Under the pieces are notes generated by a model. That model made no database searches. It saw only the letters and a list, made by a program, of their open reading frames with translations, and was not told the DNA's origin. From Takakia lepidozioides (lineage: Eukaryota; Plantae; Bryophyta): DNA of 64,000 nucleotides. The DNA lies in the NCBI GenBank assembly GCA_030704615.1, contig CM060732.1, forward strand, positions 47,926,001 through 47,990,000, in the 5' to 3' direction. Positions 1 through 12,326 of the stretch are shown here, one piece after another. Within the stretch, counting starts at the first letter, position 1. Each line of letters begins with the position of its first letter. Both the position numbers and the translations under genes were made by a program.

Positions 1-3000
1 TCCAGCACAAGCAACTGCTTCATGGCATCGCCTTGATCCAAGATCTCCTCCGTTGTAGATGCAAGCCCAGCGGGATCGGGAACCGCAGGGACTTCCTCCT
101 CATTGTACAATGAATGCGTGTTTGCTGCTGGCATATCCATGGTTGATGCAGTAACTGAAATAACCGGGCTGTTCAGAATACTCACATCTGGCCTCGCAAG
201 GACCTGCTTGTGGGGAGACAAAAAAGCTTGAGGGCCCCCGTAAGACGACTCCCACTGCCCACGATGCTCAATAGCCTTGACTACTTCACCCCCGCCTGCG
301 ATGGCCTTCTTCGAGGGAGCTGCAAGGTGTACGCGGCCGAGCTCGCTCACAGTTGGCTGGATGGAGCGATCGACATAAGGGGTGGCTAAGAACTCCCCAT
401 CTAGATCCTCCAGAACGCCATCCGCGATAGGAGGTAGCGGCAAACAATCCTGCAATATGTCCGCTTTCTCTAATAGCGTGCTAAGACCTCCGTCTGAAAA
501 CTGGCTGCCTCCCTCCAAATCCTGCAGACAATGAACGCAAGCATAATGAAAAGTAGAGCAAAAACAAAAACAAACAGCAAAGCTTAGAAACAACAAAGCC
601 ATTGGCACGGGGGCTGCTATTTCATGAGCGGCATGAGCATGAGCGGGATAAAAAAAAGCATGAGCGGGCCATTGTCTGTCCACGGAAATAGGGTTAGGAG
701 GCACGGAAATAGGGTCATGTGGACTCGTCATAGCAATGAAATGCAACATTTTATTGCAAATTTTGTGGCAAGCCACGTCTATACAAGTGTGTCCTAACTG
801 TCATAGCAGGAATGGGAACTACTCTCCTACACCTTCCGAGGAACTTGGCCCTCCTTCTTCCTCATCCCCCTCATCCCCCCCATCCTCCGAGCTTTGTGAT
901 GCATCGGTTGCAGTATGCCTCTCAAAAATGCCGTCCTCTCCTTGGGGGACTGTCCACCTCACCTCCTGGGAATCTTCTGCCTCTTCTCCCCCACTTTCCT
1001 CAGCATAATCCAAGACAAATCTACGAGCCCGACGGGCTCTAATAGCTGCTGCCTCCTCCCTCATCTTCATTTTCTTGAGGCTTGCCTCGTCTAAAATCTG
1101 CTGTACACGACTAGGTTCGGAACACCTCCTAATGGACACCGAAGCAAGCCGGGCAGCATAAGTAGGAAGGATGTAGTCCCTTTCTGGACTAGGCATGAAA
1201 TCCCCCCTGGCAAAAAAAGGCACGTTCCTCCTGCCCATGAACTCCGGTGTAGACGTCCTTCCTGCCGTACTTGGCATCCTACAGTAAGAACAAATCCACT
1301 TCAAGAATGTCAATACCAGCAAAAGCAGAAAGGGTTTTCAATGAAATAAGAGAGCAAAGGGAGGTGCCTCACGAAATCTGGAGGCAACTTACAATGCGAC
1401 CACTCACTCGTACACCGGGGGCTCCTCGGCCTCGATCCCAACTTGTTCCTCCCCCTGCTCCTTCTCGGATTTTTCCTCATCCTCCGAGGATGCCTCTTCC
1501 TCTTTTGGCAGACGTTCAGCCGCTGCAAGTTCCGAGTTGTGGAGGGCAGTATCTGGCTCGAAGGCGAACACATGCCTATCGGACAACGTCCCTGCCCACA
1601 TTGAAGCACCTGAGGAACAAAGCAGGCGGTTAATAGTTTGCAGCATGCAATTGCAATCGGGCCAGGGGACAAACTGAGCACGTGAAGGCTTACCCGTGCC
1701 GCATGTGAGGTCCAGAATCCGCCCTTGGACATCCGAGCACGTCTCCATGAGGGTTTGGATGAAAGCAGGGCTCCGGGTCCGGCTGTACCGCCATGGTTTG
1801 CCTGTCTTTGTGTCCTTCGGCATACTGGAGTGGGGCACATAGTTGTAGAGGACATCTTAGGTAACAGGGTCCACAGCGGCATCAACAAGACGACCGTCGT
1901 TGCGGAATTTGAACGTAGACCCTCTCTTCACAAAGCAATATGCCTCAAACACCAATGTCTGCACATCCACAAAAGAGGGATCAACTCCGGGATCTAGTTT
2001 AGATACACCACAATATGAGGTGAATGCAATAGATTGATAACTTACACTTTGGCCCTCTGTTCGCAACCCCTGTGTATTGATGCAGAACCATTTTCTGAGG
2101 AGGACCGAGGTGACACTTTTTGGTGTCCATCTTGCCACCGCATTCTCTATGGTCTTCCCTCTTGTGGCAAGGACAACCACACATCCACCGTCATCCAGGA
2201 GCATCCCCGCCAGCCCAAACCGGCTTTCCAGTAGTCCTCAGTAAACCTGTTCCAGGTGGGCACACCATCCAGGCCCTCCAGCAGCTCCCCATCTGGAATG
2301 TCGAGGAGAATCATATCGCAAGTTCTCTCCACCTCAACCCCCCCCCCGAGTGCTCTTGCAATCTGTGCTCACAGCCGTGAAGAATTCCATCATGGCTTCA
2401 AAACCAGGGGTGTCTTTAGGCTCTGTACAGGCAGCCCTCTTCTTGGCTTTCCCTTCTGCTCCGCCAGAGACTTGCTGTGTGCCACCTTCTTCGCCCTGGC
2501 AGCAAGAGCGTCAAGGAAGCTCTCATTGACGCATTGGATGATGGTTGGAGGTTCTAGCTTTGGCCTGTGCGTAAACGTCACCGCCGAATACCGCTGTGTA
2601 GGCTCGCCCTCAAATGCCAACTTCTTGGCAGAGCCAGCCCCACTCCGAACTGACTTGGGAACCCGGACGACCGGTGACTTGGTAGCAGCAACAGCAGTCG
2701 CAGGACCTTAAACAAAGTCGTCGTCCGAGTCACTCCCTTGGGTCCCCTCTTGCGCCTCCTCCGATGCCCCGATGGTTTTCTGTTTTTTGGGTGTTACTGT
2801 ACTCACCTGTTTCCTTGTCCTTTTCCTTTGGCCTTTATTCTTCTCATTCAATTTCTCCTGAATTCCTGCCTGAGCAAGCTCTGCCGCTTTCCTGGAGTTC
2901 GCAAGCGCTTTTGCCTCTTTTGCACCCAGCGGAGGCAGCGGAGCCCGGTTTCGTCGGGCCTCAGCATCCAGCTTCAATTGAAACTCGGATGGGTCGAGCG

Positions 3001-6000
3001 AGCCGGGCGGAAGGTCCACATACCAATGGCAATCACGCAAATGTTCCAGATGCCACTCCTTCACAATATCGTCAGTGTACATGGAGTCAGCCCCAGGGTT
3101 CCTCCATGCCAGGAAGAATGGTGGCTCGAAAGACAAATAACCTTTCTCCAAAAGGGAGAACTTGCAGTACCTGCATTCATGAAAAACACAATGAGGTCCC
3201 TGAACTGCAAATTCGGCACCATTTTCCCAGGTTGGGGCGGATCTGACTGGGCCTAGAAATGGAAAAATGGCTCCGAATTTCGGTTTTCGGTGACAGCCAC
3301 CCTAGGGACTTAGCCATCTTGGGAGCCCGGAACTGGAAATTCGGCGCCATTTTTCCCGGTTTGGCCCGAAAATGGCTAAGTTCCAAAACTGCCAGGGCCT
3401 AAAACTCGAAAAATGGCGCCGAATTTCGGTTTTTTGTGCCAACCACCCTAGGGACTTAGCCATTTTCGGAGCCCTGAACTGGAAATTCGGCGCCATTTTC
3501 CCTGGTCCGGCCCGAAAATGGCTAAGTCTCAGAACGGTAATAGGGCCTAGAACTGGAAAAATGGCGCCGAATTTCCAATTCAGGGCCAGCCACCCTAGAG
3601 ACTTAGCCATTTTCGGAGCCCTGAACTGGAAATTCGGCGCCATTTTCCCTGGTCCGGCCCGAAAATGGCTAAGTCCCAGAACGGTAATAGGGCCTAGAAC
3701 TGGAAAAATGGCGCCGAATTTCCAATTCAGGGCCAGCCACCCTAGGGACTTGGCCATTTTCGGAGCCCTGAACTGGAAATTCGGCGCCATTTTCCCAAAG
3801 ACCAATTTTCATGCGCCACATGAGGCCTCTAACATCCTGAAATGCAAGGACTTGAAAGGAAGGCATCGCGTATGTACCTGTACAGAAGGCGCATTGCTGC
3901 TTTGTCCGCGTTCGGCTGGTCGGTGAACTCGTGGCTCCGGCGGGCATGGGGTATCTCCCGAAAGAATAGGTCGGTTTTGTAGAGCAGAAAGTACCTCGTC
4001 ACATAGTCGCGTAGGCTCTCTGCTGCAGGAGAAATCTCCATCTTGAACTGATGTGCTTATGTGTCCAGCTGCTCTTGCGCATTCGTCGTCACCTGTGGAG
4101 ATTCTCCATCAGATCGTTTTCCTCAAAAAATACAATGAATCCACCCCCTACAAGAGTAGAAGCGCCAAACAAAGCGTGGGGAAGTACCTGAAACCACCAT
4201 GTCATGCGGTTCATCCACATGTCGAATGTGGGGTCAGACAGTTTGTCCGGTTTGGGGAAGCTCCACATGTCCCTTGTACTTTGGGAACCATTCCAGATTT
4301 GGAGCCACCGGGTTGTCCAACCACCCAGCATATTCGTAAGCGCCAAACACCACAAAAACGAGTTGTTGCCACCACAATTTGGTTAAGAATGTATCACCTT
4401 TTCTGTTGCATCCACACAGGATGTGGCTAGATGATGGAGCTTCTCCAATGTCATCGTGGGCTTCAGAGCGCGGGAGTAGTGCTTCCCCACCTCCACCAGA
4501 AAGTCGGCACCAAGGGCGGGATCAGCTATGGCCACGTACTTTATCATCCGCGACTTGTACTTTATGCGGGCCCTGGCCTCCGCAGCTTTGAGATACGATT
4601 CGAGTGCCGGGAGGGTTAGATTCTTCTCCTCTGACTCCATGTAGAACCTCCGCGCATGTGCCAAATCCTGCTGAATTTTTGTCTGTCAAGAATGCGCACA
4701 TAAGATTAGAGATCCTGCTCAACACTTTTTCTTCTATTGGGGGAGGAGAGACACATTAGCTCAACAAAACAGTGAGGAGCTTTACCCGAAATATGTAGTC
4801 CACCATGGCGTCCATGCTCAGCCTATACCAGGTTTTGTCTGCCTTTGCCTCCGACTTGCGCAAGAGGTCGGCACTGAGCGAATTGGCAAACTCTTGCACC
4901 CCCTGCTTCCCGACATCCTTCACTTGGAAGAGCATATGGGACAAGTTGGTGGCAATGAAGGCATTCTCAGTCACCCTGCAATGCCACATTTCCATCAAAC
5001 AATACTGAAATGGGAATTTTCAACAAATATGAGGATTCGCAATGAAATGACTTACAATCGGATGGGTCCAAAAGCAAGAGGCGTTGTAACTTACGAGTTG
5101 ATGTCCGCCATTGCAGCTTTGAGAAGACTGCGATCTTTGGGCCCCGCAACCTTCAGCACAACACACTCCACGGCGAAATGCCAATCGAGGTCGTTGGGGT
5201 GGGCTTCGGCTATGTGCTCCATCCATGCCAGGAGGCGATGATTGCCGTCCCACACGTAAAACATCTTACCGGACAAGTGCTGGAAAAGAGGATCAGTAGC
5301 AATCGTTCTCTCGAACTCCTCATTTCGCCTTTGCCAATGGGGACCCCATTTGTCCACCTCATCGGAAGTGTGGGCACAGGAAGCTCCGTGGTCATTCTCA
5401 ATGGAAACGTAAAACGCGGCAGACCCCATTCGATATCCATCCCGGAAAGAGAATTTTAGCTTGTCGATATCGCCTGGGAGGGCAGGTCTCACCACCTGCA
5501 ATGACACCAAGCAGCAAAGGGGAATCCGAAGCTTGGCCGGGTACACCATGCCCCCCAGCACCCTGCCAATGTTGCTATGGGTTGCCTCCAACATCTTGGC
5601 AGCGGCCAACTTCATATCCGCCTCCAACATGACGTCTGCTGCAGAGGGTTTCTCCGGCAGCCCACCAGGACGGCCAAATCCAGCCTGTATGCTGCGGGTT
5701 TGGGGCCTGGGGATGTCCGGGAGGATGTCATCCTGGTCAGAAAGCTCCCTGTCGTCCTCCTCAACATGGTCAGCCACCGGCGAAACCACCTCGAGCACTC
5801 TCCCCGTCTGTACTGCCCTCTCCCCGGCTTCACCTCGAACTGGCACAATCCGTGCTCTTTCTGGTGTTCTTTCCTCTCCTCCACTCTCCACCGTATGGGT
5901 AATTGCAGGGGCTGCTCTTGCCCGCGATGGTCTAACCGGTGTGTTACTGCCTCTTTGTGGTGTCTTGGAGGGATCCACCGTCTCTGTGCATCCCTCGCTT

Positions 6001-6536
6001 ACATTGGCATCTGTCATTTGGGCACCCCTGGCCTCTTTAGTGGCCTTTTCTCTTTCCTCCTGGCTAGCATTCTGTCTCGCCTGTTCTTTTGCCCTATCTT
6101 TTGCCCTCTCACGGGCTTTCTGTTTCTTACTAGGGCTAGCAGCAGGGGAGCCCTCCAGGACGACCACCTTTGATTGAGGCGAACTGACACCCTCGCGCAC
6201 ACTGCTCACTCCCCCCTCCGCAGCCTGTGACGGCTCTCTCGCCGGGGATTGCATGTGCTTAGCTTTCTTCTTCTTCTTTGCGTGGGCGGGCCCTACTGCA
6301 TGTGCATCAACAACCTCCATTGCCGGATCTGCTGTCCTCACGTCCTCACGCCCTTCACCTGCCATGCCGCCTGCACCAACCTCCCCAATGCCTATTCTGT
6401 CGTACTCTCGCTGCAGGTCCTCCCGTCCACCAACAAAAGGTTTAAGTTTGCCCTCTCGCCCCAAGTTGGGCGATTCAAACATGCGATGAGTTGGAGCTGT
6501 CGATGATACCACCAGCGTGCCGGCTCGTCGTCACTC
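1..6536 (-). pseudogene. Multi-exon gene encoding a ParB-like domain fused to a beta-class N4/N6 DNA methyltransferase-like domain; disrupted; 3' end runs off the window
   Basis: Minus-strand ORF pieces join through GT-AG introns (4976-5094, 4683-4785, 3171-3877, 1959-2045, 1610-1693 and others). ParB/Srx motif FYVWDGNHRL (DGNHR at 5235-5249). MTase motifs in beta order: DMILLDIPDG (DIPD at 2291-2302), LLDDGGCVVV, FEAYCFVKR, then RSPAFIQTLMETCSDVQGRILDLTCGTG|ASMWAGTLSDRHVFAFEPD. In-frame stops (e.g. 2708, 1857, 1404) and a frameshift near 2210. The last visible exon (521 to <1) is open. Confidence 0.8.
3195..3797. repeat. ~147-bp tandem repeat (~4 copies) inside an intron; each unit carries inverted GGAAATTCGGCGCCATTTT arms
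   Basis: Unit marker gccc(t/g)gaactggaaattcgg at 3325, 3471, 3618 and 3765; lies within intron 3171-3877. Confidence 0.9.
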
Positions 6537-7484
6537 TGTCATTCCCAAAAATCGTGAGAACCAACATCGGTGCCAAAACCAGCATCGCAACGAGCAGCGC
6601 AACCACCATAGCAACAATCGTGGAACAACAATGAAAACAAAACAAGTTTAGGAAGTATGGAGTGCCATGGAACAACAATGAAAACAAATCCAACCAATGC
6701 CTAAGAATGACATGCACAAGCAGCCTTCTCCAGAGTTGTCGGCTTTGCACACGCATTGCAAACTATGTAAGGTTCACTCAACCGGTAATATGAAACACGA
6801 TGAACAAATGATCAGGAATTCCATAAGACGGGAAAACAGAGTGAAATGTTTTGAAGGCACTTCATCTGCTCAGACATTCTTCTCAGCTCAGCATGGATTT
6901 CCTTAATTTTTAACCACTCAGACCTTGATCATTCTTCGCAACAGCTCCTGCTTTTGCGATGCAACCATACGCTTCCAGCGATGCCAGGATGAAGATGCAA
7001 AAACAAAGCGAAACAACAAAGCGAAAGCAAAAGCAAAAGCGAAAGCGAACAAAGCGAAAGCAGAAGTGGCTTGCCTGAGAGTACTCGGCTTCAGTTGGCG
7101 CGGGTTGTGAGCAAGACACTGGAATCTCCTGCTGGAGCTTAAGTTTGGCCATGCGAGAGATTGGCCGTCGTCCAAAGTACAAAGCTCTCAACTTCCGCCG
7201 CGGTCTGGATGTGGGGTCTCTCTCAGGAGAGCCACGCCCTTCAGGCGGCATAAATCCCAGCCAAAAAGAAAAAAAATCTCAGTTTTTTGGGGTACATGCC
7301 TCGAATAGAAGTTAATCCAAGTTTAGCATCAGATTTAGGGTACGTATCAAGGAAGCAACCGCGGAATCCCTGTATCGCCAGCCCGAATCAAAACGGACGG
7401 CGGTGGACATTTAATGCCCAACTACGCAATTAAATGTCGGATGAAGCCCTCCCTGTCGGATAAAATATGACGCAACTCGGCCCC

Positions 7485-8310
7485 GCGCAGCAGGATGGGA
7501 ATCCGGCGTCGGATTTCCATCCTGCAGGTAATTCGGAGCGCGGATAAATGGAAATCCGGCGCCGGATTTCCATCCGCCAGGTAGGGCGGCGCGCGAAATT
7601 TCCGTCACGCAGGTAATTCTGCACGCGGATGGATGGAAATCCGGTGCCGGATTTCCATCCGCCAGGTAGGGCGGCGCGCGAAATTTCCGTCATGCAGGTA
7701 ATTCGGAGCCGGATGGATGGAAATCCGGCGCCGGATTTCCATCCGCCAGGTAGGGCGGCGCGCCAAATTTTCGTCATGCTGGTAATTCGGAGCCGGATCC
7801 GGCGCCGGATTTCCATCCCCAGGTAGGGCGGCGCGCAAAATTTCCGTCACGCAGGTAATTCTGCACGTGGATGGATGGAAATCCGGCGCCGGATTTCCAT
7901 CCGCCAGGTAGGGCGGCGCGCGAAATTTCCGTCATGCAGGTAATTCTGCGCGCGGATGGATGGAAATCCGGCGCTGGATTTCCATCCGCTAGGTAGGGCG
8001 GCGCGCCAAATTTTCGTCATGCTGGTAATTCGGAGCCGGATCCGGCGCCGGATTTCCATCCCCAGGTAGGGCGGCGCGCAACATTTCCGTCACGCAGGTA
8101 ATTCTGCACGCGGATGGATGGAAATCCGGCGCCGGATTTCCATCCGCCAGGTAGGGCGGCGCGCCAAATTTTCGTCATGCAGGTAATTCGGAGCGCCGAA
8201 TTTCCATCCTGCAGGTAATTTCAAGCGCCGAATTTCCGTCATGCAGGTAATTCGGAGCCCGGATGGATGGAAATTCGGCGCCGAATTACCATCCTGCAGG
8301 TAATTCTGAG
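7485..8310. repeat. Tandem array of ~85-bp units (~243-bp higher-order repeat) built on the 30-bp palindrome GGATGGAAATCCGGCGCCGGATTTCCATCC
   Basis: ggaaatccgg cores at 7550, 7635, 7719, 7877 and 8120, with shorter variants between them. Confidence 0.9.
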
Positions 8311-8419
8311 TGTGGCCGCTTGGTTTTTCGGTGAAAAACACAGTAAACTATAGTTTTGTGGCTGAAGTCCACTTTTAGACACGTTTTTCATGGACTCCTC
8401 GACTGCTAGAGGGAAATCA

Positions 8420-9290
8420 GAACGGCCCCGGACGGAAATTCGGCGCCGTTTTTCCATCCTGGGAGGTTTTTATATCGTCCAATTTTCGGCCTCACCACCC
8501 GACCGGACTTCCTTTGATGGGGCCCGGATGGAAATTCGGCCGAATTTTCATCCGGGGGATGCTCTCTGGCGGACAGGTGTCGTCCTCTCCGCCCGAGACG
8601 ACTTCATCCGGGCGTCCCCTGTTGGATATTCGGTGCCGAATTTCCGTCCGAGGGTTGAAATGTGACGGCCAGGTGCCGGCCTCTCCCCCCTCCCCGACTG
8701 CATCCAAACGGCCCTGGATGGAAATTCGGCGCCGTTTTTCCATCCGGGGAGGTTTTTATGTCGACCAGTTTTCGGCCTGACCCCCCGACATGACTTCCTT
8801 TGGGGGGGCCCGGATGGAAATTCGGCGCCGAATCTCCATCCTGGGGATGCTTTCTGTCGGACACGTGCCGGCCTCTCCGCCCGAGGCGACTTCATCCGGG
8901 CGTCCCCTGTTGGATATTCGGTGCCGAATTTCCGTCCGGGGGTTGAAATGTGACGGCCAGGTGCCGGCCTCTCCCCCCTGCCCGACTGCCTCCGAATGGC
9001 CCCGGATGGAAATTCGGCGCCATTTTTCCATCTGGGGAGGTTTTTATGTCGGCCAGTTTTCGGCCTGACCCCCCGACCCGACTTCCTTTGGGGGGATCCG
9101 GATGGAAATTCGGCGCTGAATTTCCATCCGGGGGCTGTTCTCTGTCGGATAGGTGCCGGCCTCTCTGCCCCAGGCGACTTCATCCGTGCGGCCCCGGTTG
9201 GATATTCGGTGCCGAATTTCCATTCGGGGGTAGTAATGTGACGGCACGTTCTCCCCTTCAGCCGACATCATCCGGACGGCCCCCCACTTT
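8420..9290. repeat. ~287-bp tandem repeat (3 copies) with several GGAAATTCGGCGCCG-type motifs per unit
   Basis: Marker ggtttttat at 8465, 8751 and 9039. Confidence 0.9.
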
Positions 9291-9605
9291 CTGACTGCAT
9301 ACCGTTGGCAGTTATTGCGCAAAGACCAGGGGCCGCATTCCGGAGACAAGGTTCATTAACACTCTGACTGTGGATTTTTGAGATAGTTGGCTCCCTGGAT
9401 TTGGATCAGGCTTCGTCGCTCGGACAAATCGGCACCGCATTCCTTCCCATCGTTGCATCCCCCTTCTACCAGGGAGCTTGCCCGCACGCCATCCTGGCAA
9501 TCTTGTGTGCACATCTCCCATGGCGGAAACCCGAGCGCTACAGTATACTGCCTTCCTCACGAGCATAGAGCTTCATTTCCGTGCAGAGGGGACATCTGCC
9601 GGGTG

Positions 9606-12326
9606 ATGGAGAAATATCTGTGCGTTCGATACCACCTGAAACCGGGGTCGGTTTTTTTGGAGGAGGAAAGGAAGGACTCAAACGGCGTTGTTGTTGAGAG
9701 TATTGTTGTGCTCCACGATGATTTTGGTGATGGCAGGGAATGGCGAGTTCCACCATCGGACAGCGTCATATACAGGGCTGTTAGGGACTTCATTTGCCCG
9801 CCAAATGCACCTTCTATCCTGGCGCCTTCAACGAAACAATCCGCGAATCAGAGAGTGGGTACCTCAAAGAGAGAAGTCCGCAACGAAGTAAATCCAGAGC
9901 CAAACCCATCAATGAAGACGAGCAAGAACCGGGTTGTTCACAACCTATCCGACTCAGACGAGGTCATGGAAGTTCCGAGATCGTCCTGGAGATCAGGCAA
10001 GTCCTCAATGGACGTCAGTGGACGAGGGAGTCATATTCCCAGCACGAGCACCGCAGTTCGATCTATTCTTGAAATTCTGCGAGGGCTTCACATGGAGGGA
10101 CACCGCTCGGAGCTGGCCGGGCTGGACTACAACAAGTTCGCAATTAAATCGGTTACATGCCTTCCCGCAAACGTTGACGGTAATATCTTCTTTGAGTTCC
10201 CTCCTCGGGAGGACTACTCGAGGGCGTCCGGAATGTTGACAAATATGGATAGAAAACATGACGGTCATCCTTGGTGCGTTACCAAAACCACCAGCATGAA
10301 GATGCTCGATGGTGTGCGGGTGCGCTACGTTGTTTGTGCGGGCGCGTTGCGGTGTTTCTCCCCAACTTGCTTCCACTTTAAATCCAGAGGTCACAGGAAC
10401 GAGACCGATTGGACAGGCACAACTCATCAACCATTTCAAGCTCAGGAGAAGGTTCCGAACTCCACATTTAAGTGTGCGCATTGCAAAGAACCACCACACT
10501 ACATGTCTGTTTGTAATGCCAAGCAGTTCTATGTGTTGCACCGTTTCCCTGACCTCACCCGAGCTTGCATACACGTTGGTTCCCATTGTCACAAATTGGC
10601 GAGGGGGAACTCGCGGGAGGCTGCCCACGAGGCAGAGCAGCTCGTTTAGGAGGAGGTTAAGTTGAGACCAGGTGCCAAACCCAAACAGATACAGCTCCAA
10701 GCCGCCCATAAGATGGCATTGGCCAGAATTATGTCGGAAGACGGCTCCGACAGAGTTCCTCTCGATGACAAGGAAATGGAGGCATTGCTGGAGTCGGTGT
10801 CCCACGTCTGTTCACCGAATGTCCGAAACCACATTGTGTCATGCAAACAGAAAATTGGGCGTGGCTCGGATATGCACTCCATTCTGGAGATGAAGCGACG
10901 ATGTGGATATGACTACATTCATGGAAGTCGGTTTCCAGGACAAGGGACTGAGGCAGATCGTTGTTTCGTATTCAAAATGTCGACGTGTGGACCTGGCAGC
11001 GGCGTCGAACTGGTCGACAGGATGACGAGTGGGGACTTGTCAAACAGTTGGGTCATGTTCGACCATATCAAGCGAATTACAAATCACCAGTGGGTGACAA
11101 TAGGTGCACATGTCTACGACACCCACTGCAGGATGCTAATGACAATTGCTATTTGTGAGATGAAAGGAGAGGACACACAATCGGAGATGCTTCTTTGGCA
11201 GGGAATAAACGAACAGATGGCCAAGGCGGGATTGCCCCCTCCCAATTTCCGTGGTTTCATGGCGGACAACGCACAAGCAAATTGGGCTGCCATCCGAAGG
11301 GTGTACGGGCAAGACCCCAATGTTCTCATGGAAGGCAAGGAGAGATCTTGTGGGTTCCATTTTCTGCAGAGCCTTTCGCAGTACACAACCAGGCTCGTGG
11401 CGCCAGATTTCAGAGAGGAGCACCGTTCCATGTGTCTTGCGTGGAAGCGCGCTCCCACCTTGGATGATGCAGAGACACAGTTTGCATGTATACGGGCTTG
11501 GTGGACATCGTCAGGTGCTGTAAGGAAATCAGACGAGGGAGCAATGGTCAGTTGGCTAGCATGGTGGCATTATCGTTTCCTCCAGTTCGGCGACTATATG
11601 CGGGAGGTGAGTTGCACAAATTCGCGTCCCGTTGAATATTATTCTAGGCATTATTTGTGACTTGCTTGTAACCTCAACATGTGCTTGTGCGGGTAATGTG
11701 TCTCGACTCCGACACCGACATGCCCACGACAAACATGGCCGAATCAGTGCACTCTTCCTGGCGTGCCTCCTCTGCGGCGCATCTGGTGGACATCCTCACT
11801 GCCACAACGGAGGACATTGTGAGGTCAATTATGCAGCAAAGCAGGTACAACGAGTTCTTGAAAGGGAAACAGTGGGGCTTGGGGCCGGACAGGCAGGAAA
11901 TGCTGATGCGGACTGCCTCCAGATCGAAGAATCCTCGAAAAGTGGGCGGCGGCCTTGAGAGAGGGCCTTCGGGACACGCCATTGCTTCGAAGAGGCCAAC
12001 ATTTGGAAGGAGATGTTCATACCCGTCTAGTGAGACGAAGACTTGACGAGGCACCTGGCGGAGAAGAGGATTCATGGCGAGCTGACAAGAATATTCGCAC
12101 GCTCCCTCGTGGTCCTGTGATGTTGCCCGAGGAGGTATCGTCGAGCACCGCAAGTCCTGCACGTTCAAGATCGTCATCTCTTTTGAGCACAGGGCGCGTG
12201 CCCCGGCAACATAACGAGCCATCTGTAGTAAAGCAGTACAACATTCCCATTGTGGAGACAAGAGTGTCGGAGTCACAGTGGAGAATTGCGAGGACATTGC
12301 CGGCATTTCGAGGGAAGTGTTGCGCT
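9606..12326 (+). pseudogene. Mutator-like (MULE) DDE transposase with an N-terminal GCM/WRKY-like Zn domain; disrupted and 3'-truncated
   Basis: Cys/His-rich segment (CAGALRC..C..CAHC..C..HVGSHCH); WVMFD (D at 11061); FMADNAQANWAAIRRVYG (D at 11265); CGFH (CxxH at 11349); TTNMAES (E at 11741). One in-frame TAG at 10647, an intron starting gtgagt near 11607 with a degenerate acceptor, and a frameshift near 11945. Cut off at 12326 by Gypsy sequence. Confidence 0.8.

Noticed and set aside
3177-3947. ORFs of 69-184 aa across the 147-bp repeat
   Set aside because: Open frames arise from a repeat length divisible by three; the region is intronic.
7485-9290. CRISPR array
   Set aside because: The palindromic repeats are separated by repeated, not unique, spacers; there are no cas genes and the context is eukaryotic.
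7411-9349. Many overlapping ORFs on both strands
   Set aside because: Artefacts of GC-rich palindromic tandem repeats.
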